The translations under genes and the position numbers were made by a program. Shown here piece after piece: positions 13,308 to 29,317 of a DNA stretch of 64,000 nucleotides. This DNA is from Lepidodermella squamata (Eukaryota; Animalia; Gastrotricha), in the NCBI GenBank assembly GCA_047495785.1, contig JBLDXI010000042.1, positions 2,356,001-2,420,000 on the forward strand, read 5' to 3'. How positions within the stretch are numbered: the first letter of the stretch is position 1; the number at the start of each line of letters is the position of its first letter. The notes under the pieces were generated by a model. It had not been told where the DNA came from, ran no database searches, and saw only the letters and a list, made by a program, of their open reading frames with translations.

Positions 13308-13781
13308 CAGTCGCGCAGAGATTTAAAAAGGATTTCCAGCCAAATTATCGGCTATCCTGAATTCCGATTTGCTCATTGCCAGATAATCTCGAATACTGAT
13401 CAAAAATCACAAATATAATGAATGATTTCACACCTCGAATTATGAGGAAATAATCTTAGCAAATCTCAAAATTTTCCTAAATAAAATCGAAAATCGTGGA
13501 AAATTTTTATCAATTATCGTTATTATGTCGAAAACTGCTGACCTGAAATGGGGTTAAGACTTATCACTGCGATACCCAACAATTTATCAAAATCTCTTTA
13601 TTCATTGCCGTTCTATAAAAATGAAAATTACAACACTCCACACATTTGCCAACTACAGGTAAAAAAAATAGCTCAACGCATATTTCAACAAGAACAGGGC
13701 TGTTGATGGTTTATAAACCGGATTTCAAGGTTTAAGAAATGAAACGTAATAAAAGTTGAGTTGACTTGAATGGTCCGCGCT

Positions 13782-15495
13782 CTACGGCAAATCGAACTCT
13801 GATTCGCGAGTATCTACAGGCAGCGTATCGTTACGCCCGCCCATCGATGAGATGAAAGCCTCGAGAAACCTTATCAGAGCTGCGTCGTTCCGCGACGCCG
13901 GCGTCGACGTCATTCGGTTATTATTCGACAGCGGATTGTTGTTAGGCCGACCGGGTAAATTCGGCTGCCACGGCGGTCTAGTAGGTACAGCTGCTGGGTA
14001 CCTAGCCGGGGCGGGCGCGTATCTGCCCGGTTGTTGTTGCTGGGGTGGATTGTTGTATATGCTATTCACGGACGACGACGGCGGTGGTGGCTGCAATCGG
14101 CTGAGGCCCGATGACGCTAAGCCCATGCTCTGCATGGTCGAAGTAATCCAAGTTAGGTAATAAGAAATAGTGGTGTAAGCGCCGGGCACGCTTGAATCGG
14201 CACAATGCTCGCCACCGAACGAAACGACCCCAGATAACTCCCACGCGCCATTCTCCTTTTGGCAAATTGTTGGACCACCACTGTCTCCCTATAATAACAG
14301 GCATAATTTCATAAAATTTCAAAAAATTTTAATTACCGCGCAAGAGTCCCTGAGACCAGCAGGGTCGCCAGCGCAGAACATACGACCATCGTGAGCGATT
14401 TGCGGAATTTCAAGAGTGCTGTAGCAGGTATTCGAAGCTGAAGCTGGTAATGTCGTGATTCTAGGATAGGCACTCAACCGCGTTCCTTCCTTATTAATCG
14501 AACCCCATCTGTGAAAAATTAATATAAGAAATTATATTCAATTTTTTGCCTCATACCCAGCCACGAGACATGGTGCACTCCAACGTGGAACCGCAGAACC
14601 GGCCTCGGGCAAACAAGCCGGCTGAGTCCAGTCATTGAAGGCAACAGGGCGTTCTAGTTTAGCTATCGCAATGTCGTAGCCATTTTCGACAGTGTCATCT
14701 GCAAAACCAAACAAAAATTATATGAGCTGAATTCTTGAAACAAATTAAGGCGGATATGAATTTGCTATATAAACTTGCAGCTGAATCCAGGATACGTCCG
14801 ATAGCTAACAATGCGCAAGGTGACTGCAGTTGGCACGCTTTTCTTGACTAAATCATAGTCGCCAATACGGGCCACGAAGCTTGAAGCGTCTAGAAACCGC
14901 CAGGAATAATTGTTCTCGTCCACAAAGCAGTGAGCAGCTGTTAAAATGAATTGCGGATGTATCAGCGTAGCGCCGCAAACCAAGTCCCAATATTGCCTAG
15001 AAAATAATTGAATAATTATTGCAAATGAGACGAAAAAAATCCTAACCCATTATATTGAAGCGTGTCACCGGTTACCAATAATGCGACTAAAAAGGGCCAT
15101 GCCTTGGGTGCCAGCGGGGTTCCACCAATGATATTTCGAGCAACGGGGCGCTCATCTTCGTCGTTCGATGCGTCAGACAAATTCGATGCAGGAGGGTCTT
15201 CGAATCTCACGTCTGATTGAGCTCGTTTCGGCGGCCTGGCAGGAGTTGGCCGGCCTCGTCGGACAGCTCCGTCCGCTTCCCCTGGTACCGAAGCGTAATA
15301 ACTATTGCTGTACGATGACGTCGGTTGGTTCAAGTAAATGCAGTAGTCTTGAGTGAGCGAAATATAATTAATTAATTATTTCAATTAATTTCAATTGTAT
15401 TAACCTTGACTTGATGTTGAAGCAGCACTGGTCCGGTGCAAAATTACAAGCAGTAGCAGCGACAAACCGGCTGCTAGTCTGCTATAGGATAACAT
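13782..15495 (-). CDS. Secreted trypsin-family (S1A) serine protease, paralog A, with Pro-rich C-terminal extension
   Basis: Signal peptide [19 protein letters not shown]; RNIIGG; [17 protein letters not shown]; NGYDIAI; RDSCA|GDSGGP across an intron; multi-exon; ends EFDLP*. Confidence 0.9.
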
Positions 15496-16062
15496 CTGAT
15501 AAAAAATTAATCTCTACGATCTTTTCGACCTTGCCGAATTTTTGAATAATTAAAAAATCGAGATCAACGAAAAAAACATAAAAGACAGAAGATATCAAGT
15601 ATCATATGCGACAAGGGGTGTATTGTAATTATCACGTTGGTAAATACTATATCGTGTAAAATTCATGCTGGCAAGAGGTACTCTTAGCATTTATGTATAG
15701 TAAGAACGTGCCGCTGAAACACGAGTTGAGGGAGGCGCGAAAAAAACGAACCGATGAGAGCTTTGTCTTCAAGCGTCACTATAGTATGTGTGATAATGAT
15801 GGCAGAATAACCAACTTATTAGAGTAGAAAAAAACGTATGAAACAAAAGGTGGAGGTGTTATATAGAATAACCAATCAAAACCAACATTGCGGTGCATCC
15901 TTTTTCAGTCGAGCGTGACCCTGACCTGATTCCCTTTAGCGCAAGTAAACATTTATTGTCACTTTATAGCGACGCTTTATTTCATGGTAAGCAATGTTTC
16001 AACAGTTGAAACACCACCCAAAGCAAAGAAAAATCATGAAAGTCGAATTGAAAGTTGTTTTT

Positions 16063-17966
<1,904 letters not shown>

Positions 17967-18821
17967 TTTTGAATGCTTCAAAAACCAGCCAGGTGGATGT
18001 TTGTGCGCACAAAAACCAGGGCACCTCCGGTGCCAACCTTTTGACCCGGCAAACAAAGAACATGGCTTGCCTTGCGTGGGTGCAAGAGCACGAAAACCTA
18101 AAATCTCGCTCGCACTTTTCAATATGTGCCCCTAGATACTTCTGCATTTTTATTCCATTTCATTTTTTTTGTGTTATTCATCATTCCTTTGTCACTTATG
18201 ACTTGATAACAAGAGGCTGGTAACAACAACGCAGACGCCGTTGCATCGAGAACATATAAAACAGTTATTTTTGAAATTTAAGAGAAAGCTTTGAAGTCAC
18301 TCCAGTGAGAGGCGCGAACAACTTCACGTAAAATTGCGGACAAAACACACCAAAAATTCAGCGTCATTTAAGGTCGGAGAAAATGTTGAAGTTACAACAT
18401 CTGGAGTTTGATAGTCATCGAAGGTTTTTTTGAATAAATAAAATAAACAGAAAAAATAAATAATATTAAATGGTGCTATTATAACAGATTCTTTTTATAA
18501 AAAATATAGACACAGTGCACACACCGGCGGCAAGATAAAATCATTATTCGCTTCCTTCATTTTATATAAAAACCGCTCATCAGTCAGAGAGAAGATGAAG
18601 ATACTACAAGACATCATGCCCTATTTACGGAAAGAGAAAGATATTAATGAATTATTTCTTCGATTTTTCATAATTTTATACAAAAATATTCAGAGGTTAC
18701 GTCACTCTCAACAAATCAGACAAGACCACTTTTCAATTATCAGCTTTCATCTAGATAAATTCGAAATGTATCCTGTCTGATTTGTTTATAACAACCTTTC
18801 AAAAAGTTAATTATCGCGTCC

Positions 18822-21117
18822 CTATGGTAAGTCAATCTCTAACGGGTACAAGCGCGCTGTGGTCGATTCGACGTCATAGCCAGCATTTTGACTACCACTG
18901 GCACCAACGCCGCCGCCAAACGAGTTCAGCAGCAGTTGCAGCAAATTCAGAAGGGCCGCTGGTGATTTCGCCCCTTCTGGAGTTGTACTTTGATTGCTGC
19001 TATCCGCGGGTGGCAGCGCGACGCTTGCCGACGGACTTCGGGGCCCAGCGGCGCCAATTCCGGGTAGACTTGGCTGCCAGTTGTTACTGAACCGTGACGG
19101 GGCTGGTAGTGGAGGCGGAGGGGGCGGGGCCTGGAAAGCCGGCCGCCGGGTCGCGTAAACGTTAGTGGCCGGTATCAGCGGGTAGAGTGGTTGTTGGTGC
19201 GGAAGAGGGGCCGGCGCGCTTCCGACGCTGCCGCTTTGCGCCAGCATGTTCTGCATCGTCGACTGGATCCAACCGATGTAGTAAGCTATCGTCGTGTAAG
19301 CACCTATGTAAATGTCAAAAATTGACAGGAGGCGTGTAAAGATATGACGTATTTTTTCAGCGGATAGGTATTATTGTTATTTATTCAGGTTCGGACTTAC
19401 CGGGAATGCTCTGCTGCGCGCATCGCTCGCCGCCGAATGACACGATGCCGCTAAGCTCCCACGCGTTGTTCTCGCGCAGGCAAAATATCGGACCGCCACT
19501 GTCACCCTTTTTGCGAGAAAAATAGTAGTCAAGTGCATAAGCAATAAGTTCGTTCTGTTGGCCGCCCTACCGAGCATGAGTCTTTCTTGCCGGTGAGATC
19601 GCCGGCGCAAAATAACCGGCCGTCGCGGGCTGCTGGTGGCACCTGCAGGGAGTTGTAGCAGAGCGACTGGCGGGATGATGGCAGAGTCGTGAATCGAGGG
19701 ATGGGGCTGAGGCGACCAGCATTGTTAACAGCACCCCAGCTGCCAAATTAAAATCGGTCAGGAATATTTGAATCAATCAGGGTCATCAAAAGCTGGTGGG
19801 TTTTGTTAAACCGGGAAAAACCTAAATTTCTCTCAAGAAAAACGGAATGAAATTTTTTAGGAGAAACAAAAAGGCAAATATATCGATGGTATATAATTGT
19901 CAGCGAACCCTGCGACTTGGCATGGAACATTCGGCGGTGGGATTGAAGAGCTGCCGGTTGAATTTTGAGGTGGTGGCAAGCACGCTGGTTTTATCCAGTC
20001 GTTGTATTGAACCGGCCGATCGAGTTGGATGAGTGCTATGTCATAGCCATTTTCCACAACTTTGTCTATATGGAAAAAAATTAAAGAATATCGTAATAGT
20101 GCTAAATAAATTCATAAAATAATTCTAAAAAAAATGAAAATTTAACCTAAAATATTTTGGATAATGGCTGCATAAAAGAATACATACGGTCATAACGGGG
20201 ATGCGCTGTGTAACGAAGTACTCGAGCGTCAACCGCAGCAGGAACGTCATGCGGAACCAGCAAGTTGTAGTCACCGATGCGAACCCGAAATTCTGAGGCC
20301 TGCATAAATTTCCACGTGTAAATACCCTCGTCCCTATAAAAAGGCATCAATCAAACAAAAATGTCTTAAATTTCAGGGTCAAAACCAACACAAAGCAATG
20401 GGCTGCTGTGAGAATGAACTGAGGGTGAATCAAAGTTCCGCCGCACACCAAATCCCAATATTCGCTAAAAAAATTAAAATTTGATGAATATTTTTTTGAG
20501 AAATTCGACAAATTTTTACTTGTCGATTTTGATTGTATCTCCAGTGGTGAGCAGCGCGATGAGGAACGGCCAACTTTTTTGCTCAATCGGGTCTCCCGAA
20601 ATAATGTTACGAGAAACGGGCCGATCTTCCGGCGCCAACACCTCATCGGTATCATTGAGGCCGAATTGCGCCAGAGTGTCGCGAATAAACCGCTGATGAC
20701 TCTGCTGCTGTTGCGAGTAGTAATACGGCGAGGCGTAATTGTTACCCCGCAAGTAGTAGGACGGGTAAGCGGGCGCGTAGGACGGCCGTTGCGTCGGGCG
20801 CTGCATCGGCGCCGGCGCGTTCTGTTGCCAACCCTGGCGCTGAATTTGTGGCGCAACTTGCGCCTGACCAGATCGCCAATTCGCGGCATTAAATGAACTA
20901 GACGAGATCGAGTAAGGAAGACTGGATCCATAATTACTCGCCGAAGAGGAGAAATTTGCGTAAACGCAATAATCTAAGAGATTTTTCGGTGAAAAAAATT
21001 ATACGAATAAATGTGAATTTTTATTATCTCACCTTGTAATGGAGTAGATGCTGACTGTGTTAGAGGTGCGAGCATCGCAATGAGACCCGTTAAAATCGGG
21101 TAACTCATTTTAAGCAT
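18822..21117 (-). CDS. Secreted trypsin-family serine protease, paralog C
   Basis: Signal peptide (MLK)MSYPILTGLIAMLAPLTQS; RNIISG; [17 protein letters not shown]; NGYDIAL; KDSCS|GDSGGP; ends EIDLP*. Start could be 21108 instead. Confidence 0.9.
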
Positions 21118-23655
21118 GCTTTTCGTTTTTTAGCGCCGTTCGTTTTGTTTCGTTGAGTGCAATAATAAAAAAGTCAATTAACTAAGAGAGCGGCAGGCAA
21201 TTAGCTTTGATTACAATGAAAATATTGATGGAGAGTATTAAGGTGTATTATACGGCCAATGTCCGCGCCGCAAATCTCGACGACATGTCAAAGGTGTTTT
21301 GTCATATCTGCTATGCAGACATATAAAGTCAATGTTATTACTAATAAGAAAAACGAGGCAGAAAAAAAACACATTACAATAGATGCCGTAAAAATCTCGG
21401 TGCACGCACGTGTTTTTGGGCGCGCGCATTATCTTATTACCTATTATTACCTTGCTATTAACTCTGCTAAAATCTGGACGTATTTTCGGCTATTGTTATC
21501 TTAGCTGCCGTGTCATCATTAGCCGGCTTATTGTTTTGTGGTCGCTAATCGCAAGCAGGCCGCGCGCTGACCCACATCTTGAGCCGCTTGTCAACGCCTT
21601 TTTGCGCCGCGCCTCGCTCAATGGCTGTACTATTATGCTATAATAAAAAGCGGCGACACGGCACACCTTTTTGTTTTGTTATGCCGCAGCGCTGTATCAA
21701 AACTGCTGCCTGATGTCGCGCGCTCCATCTTCTTTCAGCATGGCTAAAACACATCCCGATAAACACGAGTCCACTCAAGGCGGAAGCGCGGGTATATAAA
21801 AAACCAGAAACGAAGTAGTACCATGTAAACGCACTGGTTTTTAAACTGAAGGATGCGCCACGGTAATAAGGCGTTGTTATACTATAATATACCTGTAAAT
21901 GCTCGCATGCGGTCGATAATATATGGCTACAAAAAAGGTGTGCTGTCCACACACGTAACACACGCGCCTATTTGCTTTTGGATGATGATACTTGATTAAC
22001 GCGCCAGTACAAAAAAGCTGCCGGTATGCGGCCGGCTGTACACAGCGTGCGCACTTTGTCACCTGAGCGGCGGCGATACTTACTTATACCTAGTGACGGT
22101 TTTCACGCGCTGGTCAGTACAGGTAAATGAACATCTCGAGCCGGCAGATAACTCTATTGCATGGGCAGATACATTGTCATTACATCAGGTAATATGTATC
22201 GCAACGGTGAACACGTTTCAAGCAGCATACTCCATCTATAAAGTAGCGCGTCACGCTTTTGTACCGATCACCCCCTCATCACGCCTCTGTGGTATATAAC
22301 GAGATTGAAACGACCGCCAAAAAGTAAGCAGTTGTATTTACCACGACGCAATTTCACTTTCCCGCATTTCTGTTTTGGTACGCGCTATTTTTACGCGAGC
22401 GCAAAACCGCCAATATTATTTTACATGTTTACTCTCCAAAATGATTGAGATACTGATGTATATGGAAGAAATCTTCAAAAAAACGCACCTCAGCAGAGTG
22501 GGGGGTTTCCTAATCAAACATTGTGCAGAATATTGGAGAAACGTTTATTTTATGTCGACAATTAGCCTTGAGAAGTGCAATCCTATTGTCGCCGATTTCG
22601 CAGAATGTTTAATCGCACGCGCTTCGGGTACCGGGTACCAAATTGGTCCATAAATAATGATGTATTTAGTGCGCAAGTTTTTACTGCATAAATTATCCTA
22701 AGTTTTTCCATAACAAATAGTCGGCGATCTTCCAAACAGCATATAGGTAATTTCTTTTCGAAATAAATAAATAGTAAATGGAAATCGTTGCCATGGCCCA
22801 GCTCTCACCGGGACCCGAGCCAGCGCATCCCCTAGGGCAAAGCTGAGCAAAAGTTGAAAATTGGAAGAGGTTAAAGGTCGGTTGAAAACAACTGGAATGG
22901 ATAATGCTAGCAAAAATTCTTGATGTTTAAGGTAATTAAGGTGGATACGGCTATTTAAATTTTTTAGGCGACCCAATTTCTCGTACAGCTGATAATCTGA
23001 CTAATGGTCAATGATCATCATTGGTTCCAGTATGGCTGGTTCCGATCTTGGGACCGGTTCGAAGTTACAAACTTCGAGCCTCGAGCCTTAAGAATATGCG
23101 CATGGCCCGAAGTCTCACGAAGAAATAATTTGAAGAAAATTGGTTCCAAGTTCCAAGATTCAAAATATCTTACAAATGAGGGATTATGGAGCGAAAATGT
23201 CCAATGCCGGAAGCAACTAAACTGGAACCAATGATAAAGATTGGCCAGGTTAGTCTAGAAATCGAGTTTTCTAAAAAGTTCCACTGTGAAAGGTACGGAT
23301 CAATTCTGAATTTCTTATTTTCCCTGATTAAACCTCTCACTTAAAGATTTCAAACACGTAAAAAAGTTAAACACTGCTACGCGTTATAAGTCGTCCCCCT
23401 ATTTTAGCTCATTTCATCCATCCACCATTATATCTACGCCAGCCTCGTGTATAAGATCCAGCTTATTTCGTGTCGTAAGATCGACCGCATATTGGCTACA
23501 ACAACCAACCTTTAAACGTCCAATAGTAAGGAAGCAAACCAAATTTTTATTAAAAATTAGGCCATTTACAGATTGACATTGTAGCAAAAAATAGTGGCAA
23601 AGTTCACGTTTAATACAACGCCAAGTTCGTGATGTGACTACGTAAATGTTTTATC

Positions 23656-24964
23656 TCATTCACCCTTGGCATTAGCAGTAAGTTTCTCTGCCGCCAAACG
23701 TATAACATCAGGTGAGAGCAGGCAGTCTAAAATATCATTAGTCAAGCTTTTCCCTTCATTTTCATCATCGTCATCATCATCGCTATCTGAGTCATCGCAG
23801 GCTGATAAAAACGCACTCGTGAAGTCAGAAAATGTCATTGGTTTCAGCAATTCGATGTTCCAGTTTTTGCTGCGGGCTGTTTCGACGATCTTCCTAGCGT
23901 TCAATGAATCATCGCCCGATAAGGGTTCAGCGTGATATTTGTTCAAAGCATTCTTAAGAACTCCCTCGCTTTCCGCCAACGTCAACAGGAGCTAATCAAA
24001 AGTTGAATGATTGATAACATAATAGACTGATAAAAATTGTTCCCGTTACCTGCTCGGTGTAGTTAATTCTGACCTCACTTTCGTGAGACGAGACAATCCA
24101 TCGAACAAGAGCCTCCTCAACTCGATTGAAATTGTCCAAATGAGGCTGAATTGATTTGAAATGAGATAAAAAACGTTAAATAAATTTGATAAAAATTACG
24201 ACATCAATCCAGGTATTTAGAGCTAACGCCGTGTCGAGGCAGCTTACGAAATGCCACCATCTCGGGGGCACATAAAGGATGTCCCCTGGTTTCAGGTCAA
24301 AGACATAAGGCGTTGTGTTTTGCAATTTCGGGTAATTTTTAAACAAAGGCAGCGCGCAACGGCTGAAAACGCTAGATTCTTCGTACGGCTGCCGCGTCGG
24401 ATATAAATTGCCAGTCTGGTTCGGAGGGAACAAAACCCAACGCTTTGAACCGAAAATTTGAGCAACCACATTGCAGCCGTATGAATCGAAATGGCCCGGG
24501 GTGTAAGCACCCGCTGAACCAATCCATAGAGTCGTATGTTGAGGGCCTCGTCCCTCTAGCCCTACTTCTGTCCAATCTATCAACTTGAAATAATGAAACA
24601 AAATGCGGTTAAGGTGGATTTTTGGACAAACTTGTAGCAAGTCTGGGCAGTTTTCAAATGTTTCGTGGACGTACTGATAGGCGGAATATAACGCAAAATC
24701 GTCGGTAGAAGCATGACCTATGACTTCATGAGTCGATTTGTGAACGAGCCATGATCGAAATTCTTCCGGGGTCAGCTCCAATCTCGGCGCCTCATCTTCC
24801 CATTGGATGCGATTTTCATGGCGGCTCAGAAGCCGGAAACTCAAAGGAATGTCGCAGAGCCCAGAAAACGAATCCAGATCTCTCAACTTTGACAAGAGAG
24901 GCCAATCTTTCGAGTCATTTAGGTGGATTACGAACGGTGAATTATAGTCAAAACCTTCTGCCAT
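23656..24964 (-). CDS. HSPBAP1: JmjC-domain 2-oxoglutarate oxygenase, HSPB1-associated protein 1-like
   Basis: Exons 24964-24200, 24145-24050, 23991-23656. TLWIGSAGAYTPGHFDSYGCN, YPTRQPYEESSVFS, PPRWWHFV (HxD...H triad), RVEEAL and C-terminal ILDCLLSP match HSPBAP1. Confidence 0.88.
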
Positions 24965-25349
24965 CTAACTCGAACCAAAAAATATCAGTTTCAATATTCC
25001 ACATTATCGCCGTTTATTCATCTAGGCAATTTTTAGAACACAGTCAAAGAAAATTGGATCGCAGTAGTAACAATATCATTATTAAAGTAGACAGTCACCG
25101 TGTTGAATGCGAGTGATTTGTCAGCAACAAAACGCACGTTGAGAAATTATTTTAAATTCGTTAGTCAACAAGCCAAAATTAAAATGGCTCAGCTCAACGT
25201 TGATCACAATAAGAATTTAAAAAGCTTGGCAAACGACGAATAATAAATCAACATTACAGAGGGCAAGCGGTGAATTTTTGCTAAACAAAAACATTCCCAT
25301 CACCTAAAATTAATCTCAAATTTCGAATTTGTTTTCACGGCTAAAATAT

Positions 25350-27153
25350 TTAAACAGCTAGCGCGTCTTCGATGACTTGCTTGACGAAATCAACCACAAC
25401 TGTAAAGAATTGAACATTAGGGAGGAATTTTTCATGAATGATGCAACTTACTTGAACGATCTGGAATAGATTGGGTGGTGCCGTACAACGCAGCTGTACC
25501 CATTTTCGTGTTTTCCTTGCCAGACGCAATGGCCTCCAGCGTTTCCTTGGCCGAATCTTCAAGATCTTTGCAGAAGTCGTTAACAAAGCCAGGTCGAGTG
25601 TGAGCATCAGTTAACGCAATGTGAAGAGCAGGCGGGTTCTGAAGGGCGTTGATGTGCCAGCCTCGTTTCGTCATGCGGTCATAAACCAGGTAAATGCAGT
25701 TGGCCATCGAGTCGTCAGCCATAGCCCAGGCGATGACCATCAATTCGCCACGGCCGTGCAGACGAAGGCCGGGAATTTTCTTGATTCTCTCGCGAATTTC
25801 CTTGCCAGTCTGCAGAATTTTCTTAGTTGCGTTGACGTAGCCATTGAAACCGACAGCTAGAGCAGAAGCCCAGGCACAGACAACAAGAGCACCACTTCGA
25901 CTGCCCGAGAGACCAGGTGTGGCGTAGACACCTCCAGGCCAGTCAGGGGCGACGAAGAGCTGGTAGGCACGCAGCGAGGCGTCGCGGTACAGCACCAGGG
26001 ACGAGCCTTTCGGGGCGAAACCGTATTTGTGGGTGTCGACTGAGATCGTTGTAACACCTTTAACGCGGAAATCAGTCGGGCCATGGGTGAATGGGAAGCC
26101 AGCTTCTGCCGCAAATGGAACAATGAAACCACCGAGGCAACAGTCGCAGTGAACGGGGATGTCGTACTTCAGGCCAAGAGCGCCGATTTCAGAAATAGGG
26201 TCAACAACGCCCCATGGGAAACTGGGAGCGCTGCCAAACAACATGCAAGTATTCTTCGTGATCGCACGTCGAAAGCCGGCAACATCAGCCTCGCCGCTAG
26301 GCATGAGCGGTTCGACTTTGACAACACGAATTCGAAACATTTCAGCGGCCTTTTCCAACGCACAATGAGCAGTGGTGCTGCAAACGATTTCCGGCCATCT
26401 GACACCGCGATCTATTGCCCGATTTCTGCAAGCCAAAATAGCCATGACAATTGACTCAGTTCCACCTGATGTAACAGCTCCGCATGGTGGTTGATCTTCT
26501 GGACCGTTATACAAACGCCAGACCCAAGAGACCAACTCAGCTTCGCAACGACGGGTATCGCCGAAAACGTCGAAGTGAAGCGGATTCGCGTGCAGCTGAT
26601 GGCGAAATACTTCCACAGCTAAATCATCGAGATCGTCACGAATGTGATAAACGCCACCAGAGAGTTTGGAATTACGCCAGGTCGCACCATCCTTAGCGAA
26701 TACATGGGAGTATGCGTTTAGGCGAGTCATGATATCCTTAGTTTGCATGGCGTCAGCTGGAAGTCTCGGGAAAATTGAGAGTAATTTCTTTTCCTCGGGA
26801 GTGCAACCAGCATCGGTTGCTTTCTGCTTATCAAGACCTGCTTTGGCCTTGGCTAGTTCTGTCTGGATTTTCGCCTTGACAGGCGGTAAACTTTTGACGA
26901 ATTTGAAGACGGAAGTACGGAGGCGAGTATAAGGAGTATCAATATGGTCAAACAAGTATGACCTCAGTCTCGCGAGAAGGTAGCCGATTCCAAAAGCTAG
27001 CACAACAAGCGCCAGCCGAGAGATCCCCAGAGAGGTCAAACGGTCGTCCAGTTTCGTGGCAATATTGCACAACAATGCTGTGAACCATGCCAAGTTTTCT
27101 GCCGCTTCCTTGCCCAGATACTTATTAGAAATGTCGTGTATTATATTCGACAT
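25350..27153 (-). CDS. SGPL1: Sphingosine-1-phosphate lyase (PLP-dependent)
   Basis: Exons 27153-25452 and 25399-25350. N-terminal TM, SGGVY, NPLHFDVF, TSGGTESI, VHCDCCLGGF, SVDTHKYG (PLP Lys), GSRSG, AALYG. Confidence 0.95.
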
Positions 27154-27258
27154 TTCAATTATTAAAATTCCTAAAAATTGGTAGAAATATATGTTAACAA
27201 GTTTATGCCGAGATGGGAGAAATAATTATGATAGATGGCGTATTAATTATTAAATGAC

Positions 27259-28072
27259 TTAAGATTCTCCATCCTCTTCTTCCTCCTCCGACCTGCAACA
27301 AAAACGAAGCATAAACGGATTGTATTGAAACAAATACTTACGAAGATGGCGGAAGGTCATAGTTTCGATTTTGAGGGCGCATTCCAGATGGCAACACTTT
27401 ATTTGGATTGTATGAAAGGCCTTCATCTTCTTCACTCTCCAAGGAAGGTAAGTCGGGCTGATCTTTCTTGTCCTTGGAAAAATTATCCAAGTACCGAGTC
27501 TGCACTTCTATAACCTCAGCAGCACTTTTGCAGGCTGAGTACGCTTCAAGAAGCTCGGCATTGAGCGTAAGAAACTGCTCGCCCCATTTAAAAGGACGAA
27601 GAACGATTTCCGCATCATTCTTCAAACCCACGATGGCTAATGCAGCAGCGAAAGCTTCGGCACAAGACAGCTTACACGGGCGCCCATAGTTTATAGGATT
27701 TGCAGCAACCAAGTAAGGAAGCAAGCGCTGAATGGGCGCTCGAAGGCGCCTTATGCTAGGCATGCTCTCAGGAATTTTCGCCCAGGAGCAATCAACTACG
27801 CCCAAACCATGCAGCTCTATTACATCCCGATCAATAGGGCAGATAGTAGAAGACGCTGTAGGAGATAGCACGACACCTTTGCAGGAGTCTCGAATGCGCA
27901 TTTCACGACACATTCCCATACGCACTAGTTTCCGACCACTGCACTTTTTTATATCACATTGACCCAGATCCCACATCGCCAAACGACAGCTTGGTTTGCT
28001 CAGCTCTTCTGATTCATCCTCCGGATCATGAGGCGGCCAGTGCACCGAAGATTCTTCAAATTCAGACGCCAT
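27259..28072 (-). CDS. TSR3: 18S rRNA aminocarboxypropyltransferase
   Basis: Exons 28072-27342 and 27292-27259. AMWDLGQCDIKKCSGRKL, VDCSWA, RLLPYLVAANPINYGRPCKLSCAEA, FKWG; acidic tail. Confidence 0.95.
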
Positions 28073-29317
28073 TTCTAAAGCAGAGTAAACAATTCACAGA
28101 TAAGTGAGAAACCTAGTAAATATAATTCACGTTTCACGCCTCAATCCCGCATGTCGAAGCTACAAAATAAGTATAAAACTTGATCGCAATAGTTGCCTAT
28201 TTTGAGGTGGACAGTGGACACAACACATTAGTTCACAAAACTAACATTCGATTCATCTGATCAAATCCTGCCTTCTCAAGTCTGGCCTTTCACATTTAAC
28301 CCACGCTCAAGCGCAAAAAACGAAGAAGCAGAGTTAATTCAACAAGATAAGAATAAAAAAGACGACGGTTTCGTGCTTCTTAACTAGTCTTAAGCAGAAA
28401 AGAAGTTGATAAAAATCGCACACCGCTTTAAACCGCATTAATTCTACCAGATAAGATAGTGGTAGTAAGGTATATTGTGGCCTAGCTTTAGCTACTGCAT
28501 CACAGACATGCACAACTAAACCTAAGCGCTCACTTACTCGCTTTAGCGTGACCTTTGAGCTGATGCAAAAATAGCGGGCAAATTTAAATTTTTTTAAATT
28601 ATTATGATGAGAATGGTTGAAAATTGAAACGTATATTGTTTGGGACGTTAGATGAGATTAAATGTGAAACAAAAGAATGTGGCAAAATAATTTTTGACGT
28701 TTTAGGCTCGGCGCAACTGGCTGGGACCTCCAATTGACCGCTGCGGGTGCCAAGAGAAACTCAAGTGCCTTGATTTCCTTTCTCACTTCCTGATTTATGC
28801 CGGTTTAATATTATGCGATAGGTTATAATAGGTGTGACCGATTTCGCTTTACAACATGCCCAATAGTAATTTTGATGTGTTCCGTCTTTGGTTTCACTTA
28901 GAAAAAAATCCGGAAGAGCTATCAAATCGCCTATGTAAACATATCAACTACTTTCATAGGCTTATTTACCTGGATTATAATGCCAATGCTTGAGAGTTGG
29001 AGTGCACAAAATGATTGGTGTTTTTTATGTGCTTATTTTTCCGAGTAATTAGCTCTCTCTTTAGATTAAGTGCCATGCTATTGTCCTCATATTTCACTAT
29101 TTAGATCTGATATACCCTCATTTCCTAGTGTATAGTCTTTATTTGAAGATGACTGATATCTACTACCTTCTTTGGTGTAATTTAATTATTTTAATATGTC
29201 TAGATAACGATTCTTTCTGTTTTAAATGTTTAATTTATCGAAACAACTTGGGTATGAGGTATGAATACGTGCCAGGAAGTTGAATTCGATCCGCTGGCCC
29301 AAGAGGGCCTAGGTGCC

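Noticed and set aside
21238-23500. Short ORFs between the proteases and HSPBAP1
   Set aside because: No motifs or coherent exon structure; treated as intergenic or regulatory DNA, or old TE debris.
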